From Carcharhinus longimanus (lineage: Eukaryota): 64,000 bases of DNA. Where the stretch lies: contig JASCQW010000122.1 of NCBI GenBank assembly GCA_030264375.1, forward strand, positions 27,164,859 through 27,228,858, in the 5' to 3' direction. The notes under the pieces were generated by a model. The model was given only the letters and a program-made list of their open reading frames with translations, searched no databases and was not told where the DNA came from. Both the position numbers and the translations under genes were made by a program. Shown piece by piece: positions 51,330-64,000 of this stretch (position 1 is its first letter; each line of letters begins with the position of its first letter).

Positions 51330-52480
51330 TTATTCAACCATGAGAAGGTGCAATAGAACAGTGCACAAATAAAGAAGATGGGATAATAGTTTTTGACTCG
51401 AAATGGAATGTCCACTGTGAGTTATTGCAAGCTGGCACCATTTGTACAGGTTGAAAAGCGAGAGCATTTTTCCAGCTTGTCACTGTTAGTAATAGTTCAT
51501 TCAGTTGAATGATACCTCGAACTGCTCTGTTGCAAGTATCTCTCTCTTGCCATGAGCTGAAATGTATTAGTCTGTACGTAGGGATGGGGTGCATGCAGGC
51601 ATATCATTTGACACATGCTTATATGTCCTAAATATATTGCATTACCGTGCGAGTTGTTTTATTGCCCCTTTCTGTTTGGTGTCTAGATCTCAAAGTTTAT
51701 GTGAGAAAAAAAATTAAATGAAACGAACAGCACATTACCCTGTATTGAGTAAATTGTGCGGATATTGCCTGGGTTTTTGTGCATTTTTGTTCCTGCTCAT
51801 CTGATTGGAAATGTGTTAATTAAAACTTAAAGGTCCAAATGATCTCGTGTACAAGGAATCCCTCGGAGAATATTGCTTTCTTACATCTGATGATCTGCTT
51901 TAATGAACAGTTTAATACATATATAGTTAAAGCAACTCTCAGTTGGGGTAAAAGGTACAGATTTATGAATATAATATTTAATTGTTCAGTAGAGAATACC
52001 AACAATACAAAAAATTAACATGTTTGCTGAGCAGGTATGAGGTGGGTTACTGCAGCTGCCAGAGATATACTGAATTAAAAGTTAACAACAGGCAAATCAT
52101 CAATCATAATCTTTCAACTGGATATTATTGTAGTAGGCATTCATCTTTGAGAGAATGCTGTGAAGGTAGATTGCTAGTTAAAATAAATGTTGACATCATT
52201 ACATGCTCCTGGAAGTGTTTTAATGGTTGAGGTAATAAATATACAACATAAAAGTGTGACTCGCATTTTACTTTGATTACACGGTGATAAGTGCTGAAGC
52301 AGCATGAATATTATTGTACAATGCAATAAATTTATGAGAATTAAGAGGATGCCGTGGTGGCCATTTAATGGCCATTCCTCCATGCCTGCCTATTCATTTC
52401 AGTTTTTTCTTATGTAGTCACAAGGTGTGTGATCCCAATGATTTATATGTTTTACTATTGGATTAATGGTATAATTTAGG
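51330..52480. promoter_or_regulatory. Candidate conserved non-coding/enhancer cluster
   Basis: No recognisable repeat; AT-rich with retained CpGs; homeodomain, GATA and Sox motifs; tggccatt-t-aatggcca palindrome. Confidence 0.45.
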
Positions 52481-53492
52481 AACATTTCACACATTTTATA
52501 CAATTAGTAATAAAACTACCATGATGTCTTGGGGGAGTGAGTGTTATTTGGACACCTAAAACAGGTGCATTTGAGTCTGGTAGGAATCTCAAAGCCAAAC
52601 CCTACTGCCTCAAAGTTTCCCTGATCAGAACACTTATTCCCTACATCTGATGGTCTACTGGCCTGCAACTAAGAGGAACAACCAAATCTGTTTCCAAATG
52701 ATGAAAGGCAATGACTTTACTGCAGCACAATACTGGCTTTAAATTAACCTTTCTGGTATTTGCAGAGGCAGGACAGGGGGCAGAGGAATGTGGATGACCA
52801 ACATTGTCCAGAGAATTAATTATTTTAATAGGTCTGCACGTCTTGGATCTTTCCTCTCTTCCAGGCTAAATCTGGGTTTATTTGGGTTTCCTGGTCCTCC
52901 AGGAAGCTGTCTGCTGAAGGGTAGCATGTACTAGAGTGTGGAAAGGTAGGTAACCTAACAGCACAGCTTGTGGGCTGGAGTACTTCACCCCAGCGCACTG
53001 AACAAAACTTGTTTCCCCAACATCATGCATGATTAAGCCCTCCATCCTGTGATCATTGACCAATCTATTATTCCGCATTTCTATGAAAACCCTGCAGTCA
53101 CCCCCTGCCTTCAAAACCACACTGTTTCCAGACTACACATTTCAGGACTGTGGCCTCTCCCTGAGTTCCCTCTGGTTTTCAAACAGGGAACTTAGCAAAA
53201 AGAAAATGTACATGGTAGAGTTCAAACTTCTCAATGTTTGGAGAAACCTGATCTTCCAAGTTGCAGAATTCTTCCCTGCATGCTGCTTGGAAATCCCTTC
53301 CCAGTAAACATTGGACCTGTATTTCCAAGATCTGTTTAGAGTATTTGATCATTTAATGTTGGAAAATAATCTGTAAATTTGCAACCCTGGTGCAGCAATG
53401 CCAATGTACATTGTCTTGAAGAAACATGTAAAAGAGTTACTCACCTTCCCCATTCAATTCTAATTTCAAGGAGCTTGTATAACAAAAATATT

Positions 53493-54138
53493 GGGCATGA
53501 TCTATTGGCCCAGTTAGCCATGGGCACGAATGCTGTAATGGCCACAAAATCTGGCGACCGGCCAGAAATGGGTTTTGCGTAGACAGGAATCTTTGCCCTC
53601 TTCCGTGACTGAATCAGAAACCAGTCATGATAACCACACCGGTGGCACTGTTGTTAAGGGACTAAGGCTGCACATTACTTCTGGCATCCTGACAGTGGGC
53701 AGTGTCCAGGAGGCTACCCTCCTGCATGGGTTGGGTGGGTTCCTGTTATATGTGGGGGTGAGAGGAAAAAGGTGGAGAGCCACAGTGCCAATGAGATGGT
53801 GGGAGATGGCTATGAAGGGGGTGGGTATTTGCAATACAAGTGTCACCCCAATGCTTGTTGGGGGTCCTCTGTGTCCATGGAGTGGGGGGGAAGGGGAAAA
53901 ACTTTATTCTAAATGCAGATTGGGGCACACTTTAAAGAAGGCACCTGGATCTCTGTAGAGCCTGCCTTGCTGGCTTTATCAGGCCTCGCCTTGCAAGAAT
54001 GGCACAGACAACACCCCAGATTTTCTGTGCACTAAGTCCAGAAAGTCTTGTCTAGGAACTCAGCCGTGTTGCTGGAGAGAAACACGTGGATTTTCAGTCA
54101 GAGCCTAACACTCCGACAAACTTGGGAAAATTCCGCCC
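53493..54138. mobile_element. Harbinger/PIF-like non-autonomous element
   Basis: Termini gggcatgatct / aaattccgccc; 3-bp TSD att/att. Confidence 0.65.
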
Positions 54139-54155
54139 ATTGCAAAATCAGCTTA

Positions 54156-54358
54156 TCATAGAATCATAGAATCCCTACAGTGCAGAAGGAGATCATTCAG
54201 TCCATTGAGTATACACCAATCACAAACCCACCCAGGTCCTATTCGCATAACCCCATGCATTTATCCTAGCTAAGGATAAGCTAAGGGGCAATTTAATGTA
54301 CCTAGCCAACACATTTTTGGAGTGTGGGAGGAAACCGGAGCACCCGGAGGAGACCTGC
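54156..54358 (-). mobile_element. Truncated HE1/V-SINE-like SINE
   Basis: (atcatagaa)n tail and gtgggaggaaaccggagcacccggagg core. Confidence 0.8.
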
Positions 54359-55149
54359 AGAAGGGTCGTTCAGCCACACGAGATTGAGCTTGTCTACATT
54401 ATGCTATTTGGTTTCAAGCTCTTCTTCCAGCTCAAAAAAAAGGAGATGGGGGTTGGGCAAGAGAAGAAGATACACAGCACAGAGGACAACCCTGGGATAC
54501 ACAGTGCAGACGCCAACCCACTAATCTGTAGAACTAGTGTGCTCCAGTGTTTGCACTCTACACAAGACTTCTCCCATTCCATACCACTGTATATTCAATA
54601 AATCGAGTTTTTCTTCTACAATGTAGAATAATAAGCTATTTAACAATTCAAATAACAATGACAAAAAAGGAATTTCATACATACAGGTTGAGCATTTTAT
54701 ATAGCAATGTTGCACAATGTAATTTGATTAAAGTTTAATTTGTATTTCTTTTTATCATAAAACTGTACTATTTTTTCTTTTTACTGACAGTAATATCTAA
54801 TACCCTTTTGGGCATCATTGCAACTGAGAAGGTTTGTTAAATTTGAATCTATCTTAGCAGGAAAATTAATCTTCCTGATAGGATTATAAAACTATCCTTT
54901 ACTAACCATTTCTTTAAAACATGTGCAAGTCCCCGTTGTTATAAATTAGTTACAAGTGTATTTTGAAGTATTGAAGACATTTAGACAACATGTATATTTT
55001 AACAGACACTTCTAATGTGTGATAGAACTTTAACATTTTGTGACAAACAATTATTGCTCTTAATAGATTTATAAAGTTAGATAGTGCTAAAGACCCATTT
55101 ATAGATTGGATCTTTTAAGTATGCAATAAGAGTAAATGTTCTAGATGGA

Positions 55150-55480
55150 CTTTCTATTTTCATAGATCACCTTCAGGCTCTTTGTTACAGTTCATGGGTA
55201 GTTGGTGTGTGAATGTGGAAACCTCACTGTACCTGCAGGCATCGTTAGTTAGACTGTACAGGGCTGATGGAGCTGATGGAAATGATGGAAATGCTGGCTG
55301 CCCTGCTGCCCTTATCGATCCAAGCCAGCGACATCCAGCTGTGGCCTGCACCGAGTCAGGTGGCAAGTTCCAAGCGAGAAATTCAAAAGCAAAATGCATT
55401 TCAGTAAAAGACACTTGTATCATTAATTACAACAGTTTCACCTGTGACAGTGATAAACATGCTGTACTTTAGGAGGGTTT
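55150..55480. promoter_or_regulatory. Candidate conserved non-coding element
   Basis: Unique GC/CpG-elevated block within AT-rich DNA, with E-box, TAAT and GATA motifs. Confidence 0.4.
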
Positions 55481-56929
55481 ATGTGGTTAGTGCATAAAGT
55501 AAATACAAATGAAAAAGATGATTCCAGGCATACAATAGATAAGGACTAGATGTCCCCTTAAAGATATTCAGCGAGTTTTGCAGTCTGCACACCTTTACTT
55601 TGTTTAGGTGTTGATAAAAATCGCAGTATGAATTGATGCTGGAACAAAAAGCAGCTATATCTTAAAAGGCTAGATAGCTGGCATTTACTTGGTAATATAC
55701 TATATCATAGTTTGAGGTCCATAAAACATATTAACTATGGGTACTTTGATATGTTTATAGTGTTATTAGTGTGTTACATAAAGAATATACAAATTAGGTA
55801 GGTAATTACCATTTATTTTCTCTGGCACATAGCTGTTGAAATTTGAATTTTCTAAAGTAGTGCTAATATGTTAAGCACCATTCACATTACAATCATTTTA
55901 CTACAGTGTAATGTCTTGAGAATGGACATCAGTAAAAGCGTAATGCTTTTGGCTGCCATTGAAGCATTTATAATGACAAATTCTGGCATGGGGTAAAATC
56001 GCTGATGCTTGACTAACATCCATTTTCTGGTATCTCATTGCAGTAAAATGATTGTAGTATAAAAGGAAGATAAACTTGCCTTGCCCCTCATATTTTGAAT
56101 TAATACTACAATTTTATAAAATTAAAACCTATTAAGAGCATCAATCTTTACTGCAAAGATTTTCCCCTGATCTCCTTAGTTGAAGCCCTATTAACATTGG
56201 AAATTACTTTTCTGATGCCCTGGGGTCAAAGTATTTGACCCTAGACTTCAGTAAAATAAATGTAATATGAAAAGGCTTGGTCACTATTCAAAAAAATTGT
56301 GAAATGAGGCAGATAAAATTAATCTGAAATAAATACATGAAATAAGTTTTTGCAATAGGAAAAACTGTCTACAGTTTGAATTATCCTTTGTAATCCACTA
56401 TCTTTTTCTTTACCTATTTTCAAGAACATTCTTCAGTTATAGACTTCCTTGCCCTTCTGTCATATAAGCAGTTCTAATTGAGAGAATGAACTGACAGCCA
56501 CCCATTTCCAGTTCTATATCTGAACAGTGTAATGGTTGTTTTTTTAAGAATGGTTGGGCAAGCTTTAACTTCTACCAATTTGTAAAACTGTAACATCTAT
56601 GGTGTTCATGATTTAACTTAGTGAGTGATATTTAATGGGACCTGCAAGAAACATGGCGGGCAGGGGGATTTAATTAGGCAGAGGTTGAAATCTCAAGACA
56701 GCCTTGAACTTGTTCTGTCTCAACAATTTCTTCTTTAACTTGTCTCACTTCCTCCAAATATAAGGTGTGGCAGTGGGTCCTATTATTGCCTGTCTCTTTA
56801 TGGGGTATGTGAAACATTCCTTCTCCCAGTCCTATGCTGCTCCCTCCCACATTTTTTCAGAGATAANNNNNNNNNNNNNNNNNNNNNNNNNNNNNNNNNN
56901 NNNNNNNNNNNNNNNNNNNNNNNATTAAT

Positions 56930-59420
56930 TGGGAAGTGCATCAAATTAAATTTTACCTTCAAGGTCAAGTCACTGATGCATGGGAAACTTGCATTCCCAT
57001 GCACACTCCTGTCTCCTGTCTCCTGAAAGCTTGCACCAAGAGAGATTGCCCAACCTTTGGATCAGAGTTGAGGTTTTGCTGTTGTTTAACTCTCGCTCAG
57101 GAGCTGGGCCCAGGAGAAGATGGATCATCTGGTAACAGAAAAGATGAGAGAGTTAAAAAAAAGATTGTGGTGCTTGGGTTCTCAAATGGCACAATGGTTG
57201 GACTGGCAAGAGGTCATGGATAGTGCTCAGGTCCTGAAGCTGCAGCACAACTTGGCAAACATGGCAGGGGATAGTGGGAGTGGGAGGGTGAAAGAGAGAT
57301 CTGAAAGGAGCCAGGCACCAGCCTATTTGGGGGCGGGGGGCACGGAATCCATCATTACAGCGATCATGTCCTGAATGTCCAAGGGTGACAGCTGCACCAC
57401 CCTTTGCGGGTTAATAATCAGGGGAGGGATCTTGAATTTGAATGATCCAACTGCAGGGGGAGCAGGTCAATGCTCTCTGAAGGAGGGCTCAGGGAAAATG
57501 AAGGATGATGATCAGACTGTCCAGGATGAGGACTGAAAGGTTGTGGGTGAAGGTGGGAGGGTTGAGAGTGAGAGTTGGAAAGTTGAGTGTCAGTGGCTCT
57601 GGGTCGAGTAATGGTTGGATATTCCAGGGAAGGAGCTCAAGGGACGAGTCAATAAAGATATCATAAGCCATCCATCAGCTCCATGCCACAATTGCATAAG
57701 CAGCACATCACTTCTCCCACTCACCAGTGACAATGGCCAATTGCCATGCAAATTATTTATGGAGAAGTCAGCAGATGTTCAGACATGTTGCTTTGCCTTG
57801 GGAATACAAATCATGGGCACACATTACCATCCAATGAAGACTGTCATCTAACAAGCTGTCAAATGTAGCTGACGACAGGTGAGATGGCTCTCGGTCCCCT
57901 TCATTCAACAACATGAAGCATGATAATACAATATACATTGCATAATACACACAATAGTCAAGGTAACAAAGTGATATCTCTACACACACGTGAATACCAT
58001 AACAGTGTCTCACCTGACTTGTTACCATTTTGTCCTCAATACTTTTTAATTTTTCATTTACGACTACTATGTCTTGGCACAGCCTTGATATCAGCAGCTG
58101 AATGAAGTTAATCTGCTCAGTATGGTGCCTTGGATGATAATAGCAGGTGGCCCTGGAGATCTGGGGCCCTGTGGGCTGCTAACTGGAAGTTTCTTGCACT
58201 GCTACAAGGCATCCCATTTGGCTTCACCTGCTGGAGGTAATGGGGTCAGTGTCGGAGAAGTTGAGGATTCGCCACTCAGCTGAGAGTGCCCTGAGTGGAC
58301 GGCCCTAGGGGCTATCTCCTTTTCCATCTAGATGCATGAAGGCACTGCCTTGATTCCTCGAAGAGGGAGGGTTTGATGGGGGAGATGCAGGTGCCTCACC
58401 CTCCTCTCACTTAGCCACTGCTGCATTGTGCGCCAGTGGAATGAAGGACCTAGTTCATATGGATCAAATACTCAACCAGACTCTCCATTGCAGCCGCCAG
58501 CCTTTCCTATATGGAGGCTTGGTGTTTACATGCCTGAGACATGTCAAAATGCATGCTGGTATGGACTTCTCCATCATCCACACAAATATGATTTCAGACA
58601 TTTCTGACACATTTTCCTCCAACTTCATGTTTGCTGTAGCCTGTCAGCAGTGTTGGGCTAAACAAAGGCCTAGTACACGATAGTCCTCAGTATCAGAGAT
58701 CTCAGCTGACAGTCTCCCTTGATTGCTGGGGTGTCTTTTGGGTGCTGAACAGATTGTGACAGATATACATCAATTCTACATGTGACCCCTCACCAATCGT
58801 GTCGGTGTAACTTTGATGGAGGAAGCTGCTGGTGATGTCACATCCTCTGGGGCATTGGACTAATTGTCCCCAGATGATGACTTGTCTGGCTCCTGGTTTG
58901 GCTGCAGCCTGATCCTGGAATGGCAGTGACCATAGTGGAGAACAATCAGAACTTGATTTAACAAGATCAGAAGCAAGTGCATCACATTCTCTTGTGTACC
59001 TCCTGTGTGCCCTTTACCACCATTAGGATGGTTGCCTCCTCATCCTTAGACTTGGTTGTTCCAGTCTTGCCATCTGCAATAGCCTGACCTCCCTCCTCTC
59101 TTGAAACCACTTTGTCTATTTCAGCCCCATCACAAGTAACAGCTGCCCAGTCCACTTCATCAGACAGTAGAGGTTTCTGGAGGAAACAGCCTTTCCCAAA
59201 TAACCTAGAGGAAAGCCTGCAGGAGGCATTGCTGGACTGTGGATCTGGCCTCCATGTAAATTCAGACATCTTTTCTGCAGTGCATTGCAGAGGCTGGGAC
59301 ATGAATAAGGGGGTCCCAACACAAGAGAAAATAGTAAGGGGGCAGAGAATGAGGGTATGCAACAAAAATGGAATAAAGTACTGAGAATGGGGGTGGACAG
59401 CAAAGTTGTGGCCATGAAGA
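56930..59420. mobile_element. Decayed Harbinger-like internal sequence
   Basis: 57715-57860 weakly resembles the Harbinger transposase N-terminal region; the GC-rich remainder resembles 10640-11370 and 46850-47050 in character. Confidence 0.35.
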
Positions 59421-62400
59421 ACTGTATCCCTGTTTTTGTAGGAAGTTCTCTTATAGCCTGTCCATGCTTGCTGTATTGCTGACTAATGGTAGATTAGGTT
59501 TCACAAATGAAAAAATGCCCCCATCATCAGAAGGTATAACAGGCCCTTCGGCCCACGATGTTGCGCCGACCAGTAAAACAATGACCCACTAACCTAAACC
59601 AATCCCTTTTCGTCNNNNNNNNNNNNNNNNNNNNNNNNNNNNNNNNNNNNNNNNNNNNNNNNNNNNNNNNNNNNNNNNNNNNNNNNNNNNNNNNNNNNNN
59701 NNNNNNNNNNNNNNTGTGGCGGCGCGGGCTTGTTGGGCCGAAGGGCCTGTTTCCCGTGCTGGGTTGTTCTTTGTTCTTTGTTCTTTGTATGCATCTCCCA
59801 CTCCCACCACTGGCAGTTTAAAATTAATTGAAATTGTGTGGGAACCAACATCCATTTCAGCTGTCAGGAATGACTCACCCCAGGTTAAATACTGTCCAGT
59901 ATGTGGGCACAAGAATCACTGAAAATGCTCATGGTAGCTTTTCCCCATTTGCAAAGCCATTATGTACCCTGTAGGAGGTACATCTGCAAGTGCCACAAAA
60001 ATCACAATTTTAATATCAAAGGTACCCCACCTTGTCTGGGGCACACTCAATCTTTTGTCTCATTCATCAGCAGTGATTGTACTAGTAATATTATTTGTCT
60101 CTCTACCATCTGCAATTAAGTTAAAATAGCTAAATTTAAGCTAATTGTTTAGCACTTGCACATGTAAATTTTCTTTGAGGTTTTAAGTTTCAAAAGGGTG
60201 ACATTTGCAGATGATGTTCATTATGTGAATTCAAATCAAGAACAAACCTGATAAATGAAACCATAAACATTGGGTGGAATAAAAGTTTAAAACAGGTGCC
60301 CTCCAAATCACAGAGATACTGAACTTTAGCATTACCAGTTCAATATGGCTCTCACATTTGAGAAAAAGAGACTGATTGAAATTCTGCCAAAATGTGTGGG
60401 ACAGAATTTAATTCCCAGAATGAGATTGTTTTCATTCTGGTACAACTCAGATTAAACATTAGATCCAAATTTAAATTCAAGTGTTGTTTGTTCTGTAAAG
60501 TAGACTGGACCTGTTTTGATATTTGCTCTGTACCATTCCTGTGCAGGGAATTTAATGCAATAGTGAAAAGAAAATATGAGCTTTGGAAATGCAGTTTCTG
60601 AATTTAATGTGACAGTTAGTTCAATGTTTGAGGCATGTGTGGACTCTTAAATGCAGTAATGGTCGTCACTGCTTTATGACACAGGTTTACAAAGTTTCCC
60701 ACTTCTTGATATGAATTTCCTGACCAATACTGAAAACAGCCCTTATACGGTGACAAGTTGGGGTTCAGTGAGTGGGACCCACTCTTTATGCCTATTGACC
60801 TTCTTGTTCCAGGCACTGCTTTATTTTGTGTTTTTCCTAAACTTGACAAAAACTCAAGGACATTTTTGTCAAGAAATACAAGGTGGCAACCTTGCTTTAT
60901 GGACTTACCCCTGCCCCTCCCATCTTCTGACCCTCTCACTTTTGGTCACCTTTATTCCCTTGTTCCCTCTCTCCTTGCTGTAGCTCAATATCATTTAATA
61001 CATTTATCTACATCCTTTGTAGACCATTAAATATACATAACACACTTGTATTTCCTGCTGCAGTAAGTGGCTGCTCATATCTATCAATAACCTGTCTCTC
61101 CTATTCTCCTTAAAGCTAAGATATGGCCAGATTGCTTTGACTACACAGGTAAGATAGATTGCTTCAAATAAAAAAGGGTAAAACAGATGGTTCTTCACTC
61201 CATAGCCACTATCACCGCTCGTCTATAGTTCACAACAAGATATACCCATGACAAACCATGTCACAAATGGAACACATTCTCACTTGTACTGGTTAATGCT
61301 GACCAAAGGTATGTGATAATTACTTAAAGTATATTGAAGGTTATGGAGAGAAAGGAGACAAATTGGGACAACACAAAATAAGTCTCAGAGGCGTATAAAT
61401 TCAGCATGAGCAGAAAGCCCAAACAGCCAAATTGTCCACCAGTGCTAATTTCTGATTCCAGATTCCATTATAGTACACTATCGTAGTGTGGCTGAGAGCT
61501 GATAAAATGTAACTCTCCCAACAACTGTGGGTGAATTTTGCTGATGGGCAGTCCTGAATTCGTGCCAGTGCTCATCTGATTGGGAAGCCAGCGGTGAACT
61601 GCTTTGTGTCACTGGGTTGTTTGTCTATAATCATTCATTGTTTTGTAATAAATAAATGATTAAACAAAAATGGGATTAAATGGGAAAAAAATGGCAGCAA
61701 AGATCAATAACAATGAAACAATGCAAATACTTGAGGGGAAAATAAAATGTTGCCACAAATGCATTATTTCTCTTTAAGAAAATAAATGCACATAATAAAT
61801 ACGTTAAAACAATTACTTGGCTTCTTTTTCCCTTTCAGCTATGTGCAATAGAAATTCTCCTTCTGTCCTTAAGCATCAATACAATGGATCAAAATAAAGT
61901 AACTGAACATTTGTTCTCTTGCATTACTGTTCATTAAACAGTTAAAGTGAGGAATAATACTTGCCTGAGAGTTTGCTATGGGGCTATAACATTTTGGAAG
62001 TTAGAATAACATGAAAACACACACCAGTGAATGAATTCACAGCCATCTTTGAAGGTAGTACAAACCCGGAGTATATTCCCAGATATTCAGTAATCTTTAA
62101 AATAAATGGACCTCTCTTCTTCCTTCAAGTGAAAATTTGTATTCTTTTTTGATTTGTGCTTCATTGCATGGAAATTCCACAAGGATTCTAATGATGTCCC
62201 AGAGTAATTCCAGTCGGAGACCAGTGGAAATTCCAGGCAATTTTAAACAGTTATTTGCACCATTTCCTTGGGAGATCCACCTGCCTTGTTCTAGCAGGAG
62301 GATTTCCGGGCCCATTCTTCACCGTACTCAGCACGGTGATTAGCACGTTTTGTCACTGTGAGATTTGGAGACAGAATTTGATGATGCAAGACCATTTTTT

Positions 62401-63417
62401 TTTAAATCAGAAAATAACAATAAATTAGAATTTGATGTCTCTTGTTCTGATGCCAGGGTGTAATTTATAATTTGAATTTTGCACCAGTCGATCTACACTT
62501 TCCTCTTTACCCATTTGTACCTAGCATATCTTGGATCAATAATAGACAGCAAACTTATAGGGATCACAATAATTGCCTCTTCCTTGTGGCAATATTATTT
62601 TTATTGTTTCACTTCCCATCTTTTAGATTAACGTAAAAGAAAAAAAATCACGAGCTTGAAGATGAATGAGATTCTGAGTTATTCACCTGCTGCAGAGAAG
62701 TAAATTTGCACATAATTGCATGTATTGTGAATATTTTTGTGTCAATACATACAATTAATATTTTACTGAATGTAATATGTCTTCATTGTTTTTCAGCATC
62801 TGTGCATTTGTGACTCATTTTTGACTCATTGAAATTTACATTGTTAAAACCAGATGAACTGCCATTCCTCCTGATAAGGCCAAGTTATTTTCTATGGGAG
62901 TTATCTCTTTCACTTTTTACATAGTAGCTGCATTCTCAACTACTATGGCCTGGAAATCCACGATGGTGCCATACTTCATTACTCCTGACGGGTCTTAACT
63001 TTTGTCTGGTGTTGCAAATATTTAATTCATGGTTTCATGTTAATATTTCAGAGGCAACATTTAGTTCTGAAAGATTATTGTTGTAAAGGTAAGGACATTA
63101 AAATGTTGGGCTTTAGTGATTTCAAGACATCTAAAGAAACAGTTCAAAAGTTTATCATTGTTAGAACCATTAAAAGCAGTTGGGATTGCTTAGCTGAAGA
63201 AATTGTAAATGAGGACAGAAAACACTGGATAAACTCAACAGATCTGGCAGCATCTGTGGCGAGAGAAACAACTGTTATTGCTTTGTGTCCAATGATCCTT
63301 TTACAGCATCTGCAGTATTTTGCTTTTTGTTGTAAATGAGGTTTGATAAGCTGAAAGGTCAGTTTGAGGATAGCCCAGAATAGATTGGGTCATTGTGGAG
63401 CTAACAAAGGTTTCAGT

Positions 63418-63825
63418 TTAGAACATAGAACAGTTCTGCACAGGAACAGGCCCTTCAGGCCACAATGTTGTACTCAACATGATACCAAATTAAACTAATC
63501 CCTTCTTCCTGGCCTTGGTCCATATCCCTCTATTCCTTGCATATTCATGTGCTTATCCAGAAGCCCCTAACATATCTCCTGCACCACCAGCCTTAGCAGT
63601 ACGTTCCAGATATCTACCACTCATATCCTTCACATATCCTTTGAACTTCCCCCTCTCACCTTAAGTGCACGCCTCCTAGTATTGGACTTTTCAACTCTGG
63701 GAAAAAGATTCTGACTGTCAACCCCATCTATGCCTTTCAATTTTATAAGCTTCTATGAGGTCTCCCCTCGGCCTATGCTGCTCCAGAAAAACAACCCTAG
63801 TTTGTCCAGCCTCTTCCTATAGTTC
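63418..63825 (-). mobile_element. CR1 3' end
   Basis: tagaacatagaac tail, aggtctcccctc (RGDL on the minus strand). Confidence 0.8.
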
Positions 63826-64000
63826 AATAAAAGTAAATTTCTGCAGATGCTGGAATCTAAAACCAAAAGAGAAAATGCTGGAAAATCTCAACAGGCCTGG
63901 CAGCATCTGTAAGGAGAGACAAGAGCTGATGTTGAGCCCAGATGACTCTTTGTCAAAGCTAAAAGGCGTAGAAAAGGGGGAGATATTTATACTGCAGGGT
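63826..64000 (-). mobile_element. Penelope-like terminal fragment
   Basis: ctgcagatgctggaatct...ggcagcatctgt; degenerate hammerhead-like stem on the minus strand at ~63922-63957. Confidence 0.55.

Noticed and set aside
55182-55472. 96-aa ORF with a collagen-like G-X-Y run (GADGNDGNAG)
   Set aside because: Only about four triplets arising from a 9-nt DNA repeat; no recognisable family or exon context
16140-64000. HMX3/HMX2 or other host exons downstream of ACADSB
   Set aside because: No homeodomain or other recognisable host coding motif seen in the ORF track or by eye; small exons cannot be fully excluded

Overview
Eukaryotic genomic DNA, most likely from a cartilaginous fish (shark), judged from the repeat families: HE1/V-SINE-like SINEs, DeuSINE, CR1, L2, Penelope-like and Harbinger remnants. 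It is a scaffold with many N gaps. The only host gene is the 3' part of ACADSB (short/branched-chain acyl-CoA dehydrogenase) on the + strand: seven coding exons equivalent to human exons 5-11 (2022-16139), with GT-AG junctions wherever visible, and exon 9 partly hidden by a gap. The remaining ~47 kb has no recognisable host gene. In human, ACADSB is followed by HMX3/HMX2, and this stretch holds several repeat-free, motif-dense blocks that look like conserved enhancers, a CpG-retaining region and a CTCF-like motif. The rest is decayed transposable elements, including nested insertions with visible target-site duplications. The most notable observations are a ~400-bp-arm diverged palindrome in ACADSB intron 6, an inverted pair flanking exon 5, and an intact-looking minimal hammerhead ribozyme motif in a Penelope-like fragment. 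I found no convincing novel multi-gene system. Repeat family names come from motif recognition, not database searches, and repeat boundaries are approximate.
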